Below are positions 10,624 to 20,726 of a stretch of 64,000 bases of DNA, one piece after another (the stretch's first letter is position 1; each line of letters opens with the position of its first letter). Under the pieces are notes generated by a model. It did no database searches. It was not told where the DNA came from and saw only the letters and a list, made by a program, of their open reading frames with translations. The stretch is from Candidatus Heimdallarchaeota archaeon (GTDB lineage: Archaea; Asgardarchaeota; Heimdallarchaeia; JABLTI01). The DNA lies in contig JAHLVW010000025.1 of the NCBI GenBank assembly GCA_019058275.1, positions 1 to 64,000 of the forward strand. The letters are read 5' to 3'. The position numbers and the translations under genes were made by a program.

Positions 10624-11214
10624 TCAATTAAACAAAGTTTGCAATTCATAATATGAAACATCGCCTAGTCTATCTACACATGCTACTAATAATTTCTTCT
10701 TCAAACTTTGTGCTTGGATTACAATTTCATCAAGTTTTTCAAGATTTATCGATTGTTCTTCTGCTAAAGGATAAATCATCACTTTGGCAACATCTGTACC
10801 TTTTTTTCCTCCCCGAGGGTAAACTCGATATTTGACATCTTTGCTAATTCCTTGACCTACAATATAACCTCTATTTCTGAGATCTTTGTAAACGAGGTAA
10901 TCTCTCCAAAAACTTTCAGCGTTTTCAGAAAATATCCTAGCACAGTCACTAATACTTAACCAAACACCATCTTTGCTTGCGATTTTTATTACTCCTCTTT
11001 CCAGTAAGTGCAATGCTTCCTCATAATTTAATGATAATGTTTTGTCTTTATTCAAAGTGCCATAATATCCATTGTCATAAATGATTCTTGCATCTTGGTG
11101 ATCCTCAACTAAAATCATATCTTCACTAATTTTAGCTAGAATTGGTCCGGAAGATTTCTTTTTCGCTTTTTTAGTTTCTTCCATTTTTTCAGGGATATTT
11201 TCTTGATTATCCAA
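10624..11214 (-). CDS. endA: tRNA-splicing endonuclease subunit, probably the structural (non-catalytic) subunit
   Basis: EEALHL, YLVYKDLRNRGY, VDRLGDVSYY; the catalytic His and the GxKFGxDF motif are not present. Confidence 0.85.
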   Translation of the reverse strand: MDNQENIPEKMEETKKAKKKSSGPILAKISEDMILVEDHQDARIIYDNGYYGTLNKDKTLSLNYEEALHLLERGVIKIASKDGVWLSISDCARIFSENAESFWRDYLVYKDLRNRGYIVGQGISKDVKYRVYPRGGKKGTDVAKVMIYPLAEEQSINLEKLDEIVIQAQSLKKKLLVACVDRLGDVSYYELQTLFN

Positions 11215-11309
11215 ACTAACATCACTTACAATTGTTATTATTGACGATTTTCTTATGTAAATGTAAATAATTCGCTTTTTAAAGAATTGCTCTATTAAAA
11301 ATTAGATTG

Positions 11310-13295
11310 CTAAGGTACTCCTTCAAGCTCGCGGATTAAATCTCTAATTTCTGCTGCTTTCTCAAATTCAAGTTTTTGCGCAGCTTCCTTCATTTCTTCT
11401 TTTAGTTCTAGGATTACAAGTACCAAATCACTTTCATCCATTTGTTTAAATTCTTGAGCTTTCTTCGCAGGAATCTTTTCCATTTTTACTAGACCATCAG
11501 TTATGTCTTCTAATGATTTCTGAATTGTCTGAGGTGTTATTCCATGTTTTTTGTTGTGTTGGATTTGTATCCTTCTTCTGCGATTATTTGCTTCTACAGT
11601 TCGTCTTATTGAATTAGTTATATGATCAGCAAACAAAATTACTTTTCCATTAATGTTTCTTGATGCTCGTCCAATTATCTGTGTTAGAGATCGCTCTGAC
11701 CTTAGAAATCCTTCCTTATCAGCATCCAATATAGCTACCAATGATACCTCTGGTAGATCTAAACCTTCACGTAATAGATTTATACCAACTAAAACATCAA
11801 ATTTACCTTTTCTCAGATCTCGAAGGATTGTTACTCTATCAATGGTGTCTACTTCTGAATGTAGATATTCAGCTTTTATCCCTTTTTCTACCAAGTATTG
11901 AGCTAATTCTTCAGCCATTCTTTTTGTTAAAGTAGTAACAAGAGTTCTTTCTTTTAGCTTTACTCGAGATTTAATTTCATCAAGCAAAACATCAACTTGA
12001 TTATTTATTGTTTTAATAATGATTTCTGGATCAACTAGACCTGTTGGACGAATAATCTGTTCTACTAAAGAATCATTATTATCAAGTTCATATGGACCAG
12101 GTGTGGCAGATGTATATACAACTCGTTTCGTAAATGGTATGAATTCATCAAAGTTCAATGGTCTGTTTTCCATAGCTGAGGGTAATCTGAAGCCATAGTT
12201 TACTAGGGTTTCTTTTCTTGAACGATCTCCACCATACATTCCTCTGATTTGAGGTATTGTTATGTGTGATTCATCAATAACTAATAGAAAGTCTTCGGGA
12301 AAGTGATCTAGTAAAACAAATGGTCTTTCACCGAAATTTCTTTTATCCAAGTACATAGAATAGTTCTCAATTCCATGACAATAACCAATAGAAGTTAGTA
12401 ATTCTAGATCATACCTTGTTCTTTCAGAAATACGTTGAGCTTCTAACAGAAGATCTTTTTCTTTAAAATATTTAATTCGCTCGTCAAGTTCTTTGCTAAT
12501 TTTATCTACTACAATGGATATTGTTTCTTCTTCGGTCATATAATGAGTAGCAGGAAACACCTGATATGAATCCATTTCAGTTAATTTATTACCTGCTGGT
12601 AATTCATGTTCAGATATTCTTTCAATGGTATCCCCAAACATTTCAATTCGTATAGTTGTTTTGTCTGAGTGAGGTGGGAATATTTCAATTGTATCTCCTT
12701 TAGCACGAAAAGTACCTCTTTTTAGCTCAAAATCATTCCTTTCATATTGAAGCGCAACTAATCTTCTCAAAACATTTCTTCTTTTAATTGACATGCCGTT
12801 TTCGAACGTTAAGATTGTACGATATGCTTTAGGTGGTCCTAAGCCAAATATAGCAGAAACGCTGGCAACAACAATTACATCGTTTCTAGTTGCTAACGAA
12901 TGAGTTGTTGCATACCTCATTTTTTCGATTTCTTCGTTTATTGCTGTATCTTTTCCGATGTAAGTATCGGTTTTGGGTACATATGCTTCAGGCTGATAAT
13001 AATCATAAAATGATACAAAATACTCCACAGCATTATCAGGAAAGTACCGCCTAAAGTCAGAGCAAAGTTGTGCAGCAAGTGTCTTATTGGGTGATAAAAC
13101 TAAAGTAGGAACTTGTAATTTTTCAACAATATTAGCAACAGAAAATGTTTTACCTGACCCTGTAACTCCCATCAAAACTTGGCGCATTAATCCTCTACTA
13201 AAACCATCTACTATTGCTTTGATTGCTTTTGGTTGATCACCCCTTGGTGTTAAACCCTTAGCTAACTTAAATTCACTCATCTGATATGCACCCAA
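11310..13295 (-). CDS. uvrB: Excinuclease ABC subunit B
   Basis: GVTGSGKT, YFVSFYDYYQPEAY, DESH, C-terminal UVR domain FEKAAEIRD. Confidence 0.97.
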   Translation of the reverse strand: MGAYQMSEFKLAKGLTPRGDQPKAIKAIVDGFSRGLMRQVLMGVTGSGKTFSVANIVEKLQVPTLVLSPNKTLAAQLCSDFRRYFPDNAVEYFVSFYDYYQPEAYVPKTDTYIGKDTAINEEIEKMRYATTHSLATRNDVIVVASVSAIFGLGPPKAYRTILTFENGMSIKRRNVLRRLVALQYERNDFELKRGTFRAKGDTIEIFPPHSDKTTIRIEMFGDTIERISEHELPAGNKLTEMDSYQVFPATHYMTEEETISIVVDKISKELDERIKYFKEKDLLLEAQRISERTRYDLELLTSIGYCHGIENYSMYLDKRNFGERPFVLLDHFPEDFLLVIDESHITIPQIRGMYGGDRSRKETLVNYGFRLPSAMENRPLNFDEFIPFTKRVVYTSATPGPYELDNNDSLVEQIIRPTGLVDPEIIIKTINNQVDVLLDEIKSRVKLKERTLVTTLTKRMAEELAQYLVEKGIKAEYLHSEVDTIDRVTILRDLRKGKFDVLVGINLLREGLDLPEVSLVAILDADKEGFLRSERSLTQIIGRASRNINGKVILFADHITNSIRRTVEANNRRRRIQIQHNKKHGITPQTIQKSLEDITDGLVKMEKIPAKKAQEFKQMDESDLVLVILELKEEMKEAAQKLEFEKAAEIRDLIRELEGVP

Positions 13296-13391
13296 GGTTT
13301 CTAAGAATAGATATCTAAAAACACATCCGTAAAGAGATAACTTAAAGTATTTGTCTTAATTGGGATAATGGAAAAAGAGAGAAAAGAGTTT

Positions 13392-13415
13392 AGGATATGG
13401 ATTAATCCATATCCT
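13392..13415. terminator. Perfect 24-bp palindrome downstream of the dodecin gene
   Basis: AGGATATGGATT|AATCCATATCCT, followed by a T-rich tract on the minus strand. Confidence 0.5.
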
Positions 13416-13436
13416 TCACTTAAATGTCAATTTCTT

Positions 13437-13646
13437 TTATTCTTTTACTTCAAAAGCTAGTTTGCAGCATGCTTTATATTTGATAATCTTACCATCTTTT
13501 ACCGATGCTGTGAAATTAACAACATCAACACCAATAAGATGTTTCACAGTTTTTGCAGCTTGTTCTACAGCATTTATAGCAGCATCTTCCCAGCTCTTAT
13601 CAGAAGAACCAATTACTTCAATAACTTTTATTACTATTTTCGACAC
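13437..13646 (-). CDS. Dodecin family flavin-binding protein
   Basis: KVIEVIGSS..SWEDA...AV..A.KT...Y....K.AF. Confidence 0.9.
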   Translation of the reverse strand: MSKIVIKVIEVIGSSDKSWEDAAINAVEQAAKTVKHLIGVDVVNFTASVKDGKIIKYKACCKLAFEVKE

Positions 13647-13776
13647 ACTCCTAAAATTTACTAATGTGTAATATGAATAGTGCTACTATTTACTGAAAAG
13701 ATTTTCCCCGAAAATTACCAACATTATCATTCAAATAGTAACAAATATCAAAAAGATAAGTAATATTTCTTTCATC

Positions 13777-14478
13777 ATGTCCTCTGAGAAGAAATTTCAT
13801 GCAATTGACTTTCATGTGCATGTTGATGAGCGTGTAAAATATCAATATATTCCTAGTGTTCTAAGAGCTAGAGGACTTGATGGTGCTGGATTAGTTACTC
13901 ATAATGATTTTACTTTTGCTAAGAAAATTACTGAGAAATTTAAGAAAATCGATAAGGAAATGGTTTATTTTGCAGGTGTGGAAATTGATACTGCTGATGG
14001 ACATTTACTTGCTTATGGTATTGATGAAGAAATACCAGCCAATCGATCATCTGAGGAAACAATAGAATTAATTCGAGAATTCGGTGGAGTATCTATTATA
14101 CCTCATCCCTTTATGTCTCATAATAGTATAGGTTGGAAATCCTATAAATTGAATGCAGATGGCATGGAGTTCTACAATGGTTTTGCTAAGTTCTTTCTTA
14201 ATTTCCCAAATATAATGGCTAAAGTTGCTTTCAAACATAATGGTTTCAGTAGAATTGGTGGGTCTGATGCCCATTATGTAAATGCTATTGGTTCTTGTTA
14301 TAGTTTAGTAGAAATTGAGGGAGAAGTTACAGAAGCTAAAATTCTGGAAGCTGTTCTAAAAAACAGAACCGAAGCAAAAAAGAAACCAATGGATAGGTAT
14401 GATATTACAAATTTCTTCAAGATTATCTTTACACCAAAAGAAGGAAGAAAAGTAGTTAGGTTTCTTGATTATTATTAG
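13777..14478 (+). CDS. PHP-domain metallo-phosphoesterase
   Basis: DFHVH, THND, GVEI...GHLL, IPHPF, GGSDAH. Confidence 0.88.
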   Translation: MSSEKKFHAIDFHVHVDERVKYQYIPSVLRARGLDGAGLVTHNDFTFAKKITEKFKKIDKEMVYFAGVEIDTADGHLLAYGIDEEIPANRSSEETIELIREFGGVSIIPHPFMSHNSIGWKSYKLNADGMEFYNGFAKFFLNFPNIMAKVAFKHNGFSRIGGSDAHYVNAIGSCYSLVEIEGEVTEAKILEAVLKNRTEAKKKPMDRYDITNFFKIIFTPKEGRKVVRFLDYY

Positions 14479-14485
14479 AGCGAAA

Positions 14486-15145
14486 TTAGCTTTTAGCAAG
14501 TTTGTTGAAATTGGTTAAAAGACTGGACAATTCTAGAAATACCTTTGATCTTGTAATTGGATCCTTTATTTTATTCGCTATTTCTATTGCATCTCTCATT
14601 AATGCTATTCCATCTTCATCTGATATAATAGTTGAAAGGTATCCTAAGAGGTAGGCTTTTTGTCCCTGGGTTAGCTGATCTGAAAAGTGTAATGACATAT
14701 CTAGTAACTTTCGCTTATTTTGCATAAATGAAATATCACCTAGAGAGGTAGCGATATCTAAGAAAGCATCTCTTCGATCAAAATCATCTCTAATTTCAGT
14801 AGCATAATTTATTGCATCAAGAAGTGCATCTTCAGCTTCATCTGTTTTATTAAATGAAGCTAGCACTACAGCTAAATAGCATTTAGCTCTTGCATAAGCA
14901 CCTTTATTATTAATTTGATCAAGAAGAGGTATAATTCCCTCGAGAGTTTCCTCATTACTTGTTTCTCTTGCAAATTCTAGAATTGCAATAATGCAATCAC
15001 AAAAGGCATAGCTTCTAGAAACTGGTTCTTCGATCTCATATGCAGAATCAATTGCTTGTTCTATCAAGATCATCTTTGGTAAATTATCCTCACTGTCAAT
15101 GGTTTTACCTATATCATCTCTAATTTTCTTCACTCTTTTAATCAC
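14486..15145 (-). CDS. Hypothetical alpha-helical repeat protein
   Basis: Repeated A..I.D...R..A(F/L) units. Confidence 0.7.
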   Translation of the reverse strand: MIKRVKKIRDDIGKTIDSEDNLPKMILIEQAIDSAYEIEEPVSRSYAFCDCIIAILEFARETSNEETLEGIIPLLDQINNKGAYARAKCYLAVVLASFNKTDEAEDALLDAINYATEIRDDFDRRDAFLDIATSLGDISFMQNKRKLLDMSLHFSDQLTQGQKAYLLGYLSTIISDEDGIALMRDAIEIANKIKDPITRSKVFLELSSLLTNFNKLAKS

Positions 15146-15250
15146 CTATTTGAGGACAATTTTATTCTCTTGATATTTTGTACATTAATCAGCAGTTTAA
15201 AAAGATAATCTATTATTAGTTAAATTTTCCATTCAATCCATTTTTTGGAT

Positions 15251-17314
15251 TCATTCATATTCCTTTAAACGTGCTGGAGAGATCGGTTCATATCTTTCAA
15301 ATGTCATCTGCCAAAAAGCTCTTCCTTCTGTTTCTGACCGTAAATCATGATCAATGTTGAATGATTCAGCTACAGGTAGAATACCTGATATTATCATTAA
15401 ATCTTGATCTGATCTGACATCTGAAATTGCTCCGCGTCTTTTATTTATTATCGAGGTTACTTTCCCGAGGTATGTTGCTGGTGTAGTTATTTGTATTTTG
15501 TAAATTGGTTCTTGAGTTGTGACTGACCCTTCTTGTAAAGCATCCCATACAGAATTTCTTAGTAAAGGTACAGTATGTTCAAATTTCTCACCTTCAAGAG
15601 CTTCAAAATCGATAATATTAACTCTAACTCCTGATACATGTTTTGAAGAAATGGGTCCTGAAGTTAATGCATTTTTAATTCCGACAATGATATTTTCAAT
15701 TGAATCACCTGAAAATTTACTAATAATATTTTGAGCAATAATGATTTCATTATTATATTGTTTCAATTTCAAGATTTGGTCTTCTGTATCAGACATTTCC
15801 TTAGAGGTATGTCTTTTTTCAGTTATTTGTTCTACGAGAAGTTGTACTTTTGTTCCATATTGTTCTCGAGACAACTCACCACTTAATTTACTAATTCTTT
15901 CTACGAATACAACAAGAGGTGATGATGATGTACAAGGTACTTCATCTGAAACATCCTTTACAACAGTTTCTAGGTGCAATTCACCTAATCCCATAAGTAA
16001 TATCTCACCAGATTGTTCATCGATTTTTACTATTAAATTAGGATCTTCCAAATCAAATTTCTTAAGGACTCTTTTCAATTGAGGTAAGTCCCTTAACATA
16101 TTTGGTTCGATTGCAACTGTAACAACTGGATTGGCTAAATATTTAATCTCTTCAAAAGGTATGAAATGCTCCAAGCTGGATGAGATGATTGTTTCTCCAG
16201 GATTCACTAATCCTAAACCGGAAATTGCTACTGTGTTACCAGCTGGAACTTTACTAATTCTTTTTTTATCAGCACCCATGAAGACATATATGTTTTGGAT
16301 TTTTTTAGTTTCACCAGAATTTAGTAATATTACAGTTATTTTCTCCTTCAGTGTTCCAGAAAATATCCTACCAAGAACAAGCAATCCTGCATGTTTATCT
16401 GTTACAAGTTTTGTAGAACCAAATACTAAAGGTGCAGCTTCTTCGTTGGAATCACAAGTAACCATTGATAAGCCTGCCTTTGAGGTTAGATCTCCTTTCC
16501 ATATATTCTCAATTCGATATTTTTGGGCTGTTATTGGGTTAGGAAGATGGTTTATTATCATATCAATTAGGGGGTTTTCAATAGGAAGAATTTTCTGTAA
16601 GGCATCTACTTCATCTTTTTTGTAATAATCAACGATAGTATCAAAGGTGATTTTTTTCTCTTTTACAATTGGTATTGATATTGCCCATTTGTGTAGTGCA
16701 GAACCAAAAATAACACTTCCATCTCTAGTTGTACTTCGCCATTTTGGAACTTTTGTATTTTTCGAGAATTTCTCAACTAATATATTGAAATTGTTGTAAA
16801 TTATTTCAATTCGTTCTGCAATTTGTTTTGGGGACATTTTTAATTCATTGATGAGTCTATCCACCTTGTTTATGAAGAGAATTGGTTTAACGCCTTCAGT
16901 TACACATTGTCTGATTACCGTTTCAGTTTGAGTCATTACTTGTTCTACTGCATCAATAACTACTATTGCACCATCAACAATTCTTAACGCTCTTGCAACT
17001 TTTCCAGAAAAATCTACATGACCTGGACTATCAATAAGGTTTATGAGATATTCTTCATTATCTCTCTCTATTATTAGGGATATGTTTGCTGTTTTCATGG
17101 TTATTCCACGTCTTTGTTCTTCTGGTAGAAAATCCAAAGCTCGAGCTTCTCCTGCGGTTGAGGGAGCAAGAATTCCAGCAGTAACCAAAAGTGAATCTGA
17201 TAATGTCGTTTTTCCATGATCTATATGTGCAACTAGAGCAATGTTACGAATGTTTTTCTGATTTGTCATTATCTGTGAGATTTTCTCTATCATTCTCATT
17301 GAAATCAAGTCCAC
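15251..17314 (-). CDS. Elongation factor 2 paralogue (aEF-2p-like)
   Basis: AHIDHGKTT, EQRRGIT, DSPGHVDF, NKVD, GLGELHL, LRSETEGRA; no HRG diphthamide loop in domain IV. Confidence 0.88.
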   Translation of the reverse strand: MDLISMRMIEKISQIMTNQKNIRNIALVAHIDHGKTTLSDSLLVTAGILAPSTAGEARALDFLPEEQRRGITMKTANISLIIERDNEEYLINLIDSPGHVDFSGKVARALRIVDGAIVVIDAVEQVMTQTETVIRQCVTEGVKPILFINKVDRLINELKMSPKQIAERIEIIYNNFNILVEKFSKNTKVPKWRSTTRDGSVIFGSALHKWAISIPIVKEKKITFDTIVDYYKKDEVDALQKILPIENPLIDMIINHLPNPITAQKYRIENIWKGDLTSKAGLSMVTCDSNEEAAPLVFGSTKLVTDKHAGLLVLGRIFSGTLKEKITVILLNSGETKKIQNIYVFMGADKKRISKVPAGNTVAISGLGLVNPGETIISSSLEHFIPFEEIKYLANPVVTVAIEPNMLRDLPQLKRVLKKFDLEDPNLIVKIDEQSGEILLMGLGELHLETVVKDVSDEVPCTSSSPLVVFVERISKLSGELSREQYGTKVQLLVEQITEKRHTSKEMSDTEDQILKLKQYNNEIIIAQNIISKFSGDSIENIIVGIKNALTSGPISSKHVSGVRVNIIDFEALEGEKFEHTVPLLRNSVWDALQEGSVTTQEPIYKIQITTPATYLGKVTSIINKRRGAISDVRSDQDLMIISGILPVAESFNIDHDLRSETEGRAFWQMTFERYEPISPARLKEYE

Positions 17315-17337
17315 TGTAAAAGATTTGATGTATCAGA

Positions 17338-17613
17338 TTATCCACCATGTGCTAATGGCAAGATTGTTATTAGTTGCCCATCTTTCAAACACATATCAAG
17401 TAATTTCATTGAAATAACATCAGTTCGATCTACAATAACTAATATGTCTCTTCTTAGTGAGTTTTCTTTAAATAAAAGGGGATTCAATGATGGAATCTTA
17501 GTAATTAACGATTTTAAAGCTTCAATAACAGTTTTTTCCTCTTTCAATTCTAAGGATATCTTATCTTTCTGTCCAAATATTGAACCCTTAAACTCAACTA
17601 AAATATTCAACAA
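17338..17613 (-). CDS. Urm1/MoaD-like ubiquitin-fold protein
   Basis: VEFKG, LRRDILVIVD.TD, C-terminal LPLAHGG (Urm1-type HGG). Confidence 0.85.
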   Translation of the reverse strand: MLNILVEFKGSIFGQKDKISLELKEEKTVIEALKSLITKIPSLNPLLFKENSLRRDILVIVDRTDVISMKLLDMCLKDGQLITILPLAHGG

Positions 17614-17670
17614 TCTTCACTCAACTATTTGCTTTGTTTGAAGGCAGACTTAATTTGCTTTTAAATTTGT

Positions 17671-17958
17671 TTAAAGATTGTCACACGTTTTAAGAATTAC
17701 TTGCACCCAATCATCAATTGTTATACCTGGTGTCGAAATTTTCTTATTACTATATATCTCAGAAATTTGGTGGTAGAGCTTTTCTTGATCTAATGGTAGA
17801 CCCACTAATTGCTCTTCGAATTGCTCTAATGCTTCTTCAGGATAAACAAAGAAATCTCCAGTTATTTTTAGAGTACTGATTTTATTATCTTGAAGGTCAA
17901 GTTCTACCTCAATTACCCCTTTTTGTGTTCTAAGACTTGCGCGCTTCATTTTAGCCAC
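17671..17958 (-). CDS. Lipoate-protein ligase C-terminal/accessory domain protein (LplB-like)
   Basis: G.IEVEL......I..LKITGDFFVYP..AL..E..LVG. Confidence 0.8.
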   Translation of the reverse strand: MAKMKRASLRTQKGVIEVELDLQDNKISTLKITGDFFVYPEEALEQFEEQLVGLPLDQEKLYHQISEIYSNKKISTPGITIDDWVQVILKTCDNL

Positions 17959-18046
17959 TTCATGTTATCTATCTAGAATTGTCTCCAAAAATCATAAAAA
18001 ATTATTGATGAAACAAGAAAAAATAGTGTTATTATTTTTTCAGAAT

Positions 18047-18460
18047 TTATTTAGGTGGAGTTACAAGTTCTTGAAGGTGAGCTTCTATTTCCTTTAGAGA
18101 AGCAGTTATCTCGGTTAAAGCCAAACCCTTCTCTAGAAGAACTGTTACATTGTCAATAGTGTCCTCTGCTTCCTTCAAGCGCTCATCTCGCATTTTTACT
18201 AGTGCTTGAGTTATTGGTTCAAGATCTGCTTTCGACACCATTGTTTTCGAAAGTTGCTCTAATCTTTCTTCGAGTGGAGTTATGTCAACTGATATAGCTC
18301 CAGGTATAGCAATTGGTGTTGATCCATCTGAGGTTGCTACTCCTCCTTCATTTATCTTATTCATAATTTGTACTAGGAAAAATTGTAATTTGTCAATCTT
18401 GCTTTCTAGTGCTGCAACTGCTGTTTTGATTTCCTTTACTTCTTGTTCTATTTTTGCCAA
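18047..18460 (-). CDS. Hypothetical coiled-coil protein
   Basis: Heptad-rich ORF immediately downstream of the T2SS-F gene. Confidence 0.65.
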   Translation of the reverse strand: MAKIEQEVKEIKTAVAALESKIDKLQFFLVQIMNKINEGGVATSDGSTPIAIPGAISVDITPLEERLEQLSKTMVSKADLEPITQALVKMRDERLKEAEDTIDNVTVLLEKGLALTEITASLKEIEAHLQELVTPPK

Positions 18461-18476
18461 GGAATTTCACCTAATT

Positions 18477-19367
18477 TTAGAAATTGAATTGGATAAGTTG
18501 TAATTCTATTGTTAACTTGTATGTAAGCCATCCTATAAGGATCATAATTGTTGAATGTTTTAAACCAGATTTTGCTTTGCCTTCACCCATTTTTCCTGCA
18601 ACAAGTCCACTAAATAAGCCTTCAACTATGGTCATATGTAGAAACAAAATCTTGTAAGAGTTTAATGTTGCCTCTGATAATCCCATCGTTGTACCACCGA
18701 AACCAACATCACTGAACTGCTGATACATATCTGCCATTGGGTAGAAGAATGTAGAGAAGAGAACTACAATTACTAAAAGGAAAATAAAAAATGCTGCATA
18801 TATAATCCAAATGTATGGTTTCATTTGACTGAGACGTTCTTTTCTTAGAGCGAGTATATCTTCAACATGTTTTTGTGCTGAGTCGAAAATGTCTTCAATA
18901 ACTCCTCCAGATCTTTGCGCTTCAAGAATCAGAATTGCAGCACGGTTGTTCAATTCAGTATTTGCAATTTCTGTAAATGCACGCATTGCTTGGTCAAAAG
19001 GAATTCCCCAAGATATTTTTGCAGCCATCTTTTGTAATTCTGGTGTTAGTGGTCCATAGTTTCTTTTTGAGGATTCAGATACAGCCCTTGGTAAAGATAG
19101 TCCAGTTCTTTGTGCATCAGCAATATCTCGCAAAAGATTTGGTAGATTTGCATCAATACCTTCTCTCCATCTATTATCTATAAAGAATATAACTGAAGGT
19201 GGAGCAATTGTTAATAATATCGCAAGTGCTATGAAATCACTTGGAGTAATACCAGGGATACTAAAAAGCTCTGCCCAAAGCAAAGCAGCAATTATTCCCA
19301 TAACTAACCCTAAGGCTATTGAGACCCCCCAAACGATGTTTTGGGTTCTAGTTGGAATTTTTGGCAT
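18477..19367 (-). CDS. Type II secretion F / TadC-like pilus assembly platform protein
   Basis: LPNLLRDIA...GLSL..A, YG.LT.E, EA.RSGG, SGLVAGKMGEG...SGLKH; start reassigned to MPKIP. Confidence 0.88.
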   Translation of the reverse strand: MPKIPTRTQNIVWGVSIALGLVMGIIAALLWAELFSIPGITPSDFIALAILLTIAPPSVIFFIDNRWREGIDANLPNLLRDIADAQRTGLSLPRAVSESSKRNYGPLTPELQKMAAKISWGIPFDQAMRAFTEIANTELNNRAAILILEAQRSGGVIEDIFDSAQKHVEDILALRKERLSQMKPYIWIIYAAFFIFLLVIVVLFSTFFYPMADMYQQFSDVGFGGTTMGLSEATLNSYKILFLHMTIVEGLFSGLVAGKMGEGKAKSGLKHSTIMILIGWLTYKLTIELQLIQFNF

Positions 19368-19628
19368 TGTTTTTTCCTCACTCAATGTGATAATGAAACT
19401 ATACAAATAAATAATTATTGTCAAGGAATTCCTAAGATGGAACCTAATAGTAGTTACTTTAACATATTAATAATAAATAAATTCTATGTTTGTGGCGGTC
19501 TCCCATTTAAAATACCAAATAAACCCAAAGCGAAAAGGTTTTAGAATTCGATAATCTCTTATTTAATAACTAAATATATATTACATAATATCTTAGAAAC
19601 TTTTGGCTTTACTTAGGTGTATTTTGCC

Positions 19629-20726
19629 ATGAAAAGAAACTTGAGACGCAATAAAAAAGGGCAGATTCAAGGAGTTGACTTTGCTTTAGCAATGATTATT
19701 TTTATGATTATGTTTGCAGAAGTAATTGTGTTATCGCTTACTTTTCTTGAGCCTAAGTACCAAAATCTTGAAGATAAAGCATTTGAATCCAGAGCAGATC
19801 AAATATCAGATGCTTTCTTTGCTAGTACAGGATATCCTTCCACTTGGGAGTATGATTATAATTCTCAATTCTATTCTTTTGGACTTCGTGAAATCGGTTC
19901 TTCAGATATAGACGCTAACAAAATCTCATGGCTAAATCCTCTGGGATTGTATCATCTTAGTTATGAGAGCTTAAAACGAAACTTATCAAGAGAGGATAAT
20001 ATTGGATTTCAATTTAGAGTTGAATCACTTTTTGATTTGGATACACAATTGTCATTAGCTCAACCAACTGGTTCAATAGATATTGACGCATCAATTGGTG
20101 ATTGTACTACTTGGAGTTTTGTAATCGCACCAAATAATACAGTAATTTTCACCCAAAGTTCAAAGACAGATGGTGTTGGTCATGAAACAATTAATTTTGG
20201 AACTGGTGCTGGAGTGCTACCAAGTGGTTACTATACTTTAGTTGTTTTTGCTAAAAGCCCTGATGGAATATTTGCAACAGATATTACAAATGTAATAATT
20301 GGTACAGAAACTAATTATGGTTTAAAATTAATAGTGCAAGAAGTTAGTAATAATAATGGGAAAGCAGTTATTCGAACTAGTAATGCAGGTTCACTTTCGT
20401 CACTTGGAATAATCTCAGTGTTTCCATATTCAATTGGTAATGAATTGCTCGGGAATGATTCGACTGTAGTAAATTCTCCAGGAACAAGTGAGGTATTTAA
20501 CTTGAGAATTCCTACCAATGGTACATGTGTAGTTCTTCTCACTGGTGATAGTTTAGCAGGATTTTCTAGAAGAGCATTTCAATTCCCAACAATGTTATCT
20601 GAAGAATATAGAACAATTTTTGGAGCTAATTCGCTTCCGGAAAATAAAGAAATTGTAAAAATCGAAAGAATAGTAGTTATAAGAGAATGCATATTTAAGG
20701 CGGTGTTGTATGTTTGGGCCGATTAA
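19629..20726 (+). CDS. Type IV pilin-like protein (class III signal peptide), large
   Basis: RRNKKG|QIQGVDF followed by a hydrophobic helix; GYPSTW..GL motif. Confidence 0.75.
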   Translation: MKRNLRRNKKGQIQGVDFALAMIIFMIMFAEVIVLSLTFLEPKYQNLEDKAFESRADQISDAFFASTGYPSTWEYDYNSQFYSFGLREIGSSDIDANKISWLNPLGLYHLSYESLKRNLSREDNIGFQFRVESLFDLDTQLSLAQPTGSIDIDASIGDCTTWSFVIAPNNTVIFTQSSKTDGVGHETINFGTGAGVLPSGYYTLVVFAKSPDGIFATDITNVIIGTETNYGLKLIVQEVSNNNGKAVIRTSNAGSLSSLGIISVFPYSIGNELLGNDSTVVNSPGTSEVFNLRIPTNGTCVVLLTGDSLAGFSRRAFQFPTMLSEEYRTIFGANSLPENKEIVKIERIVVIRECIFKAVLYVWAD

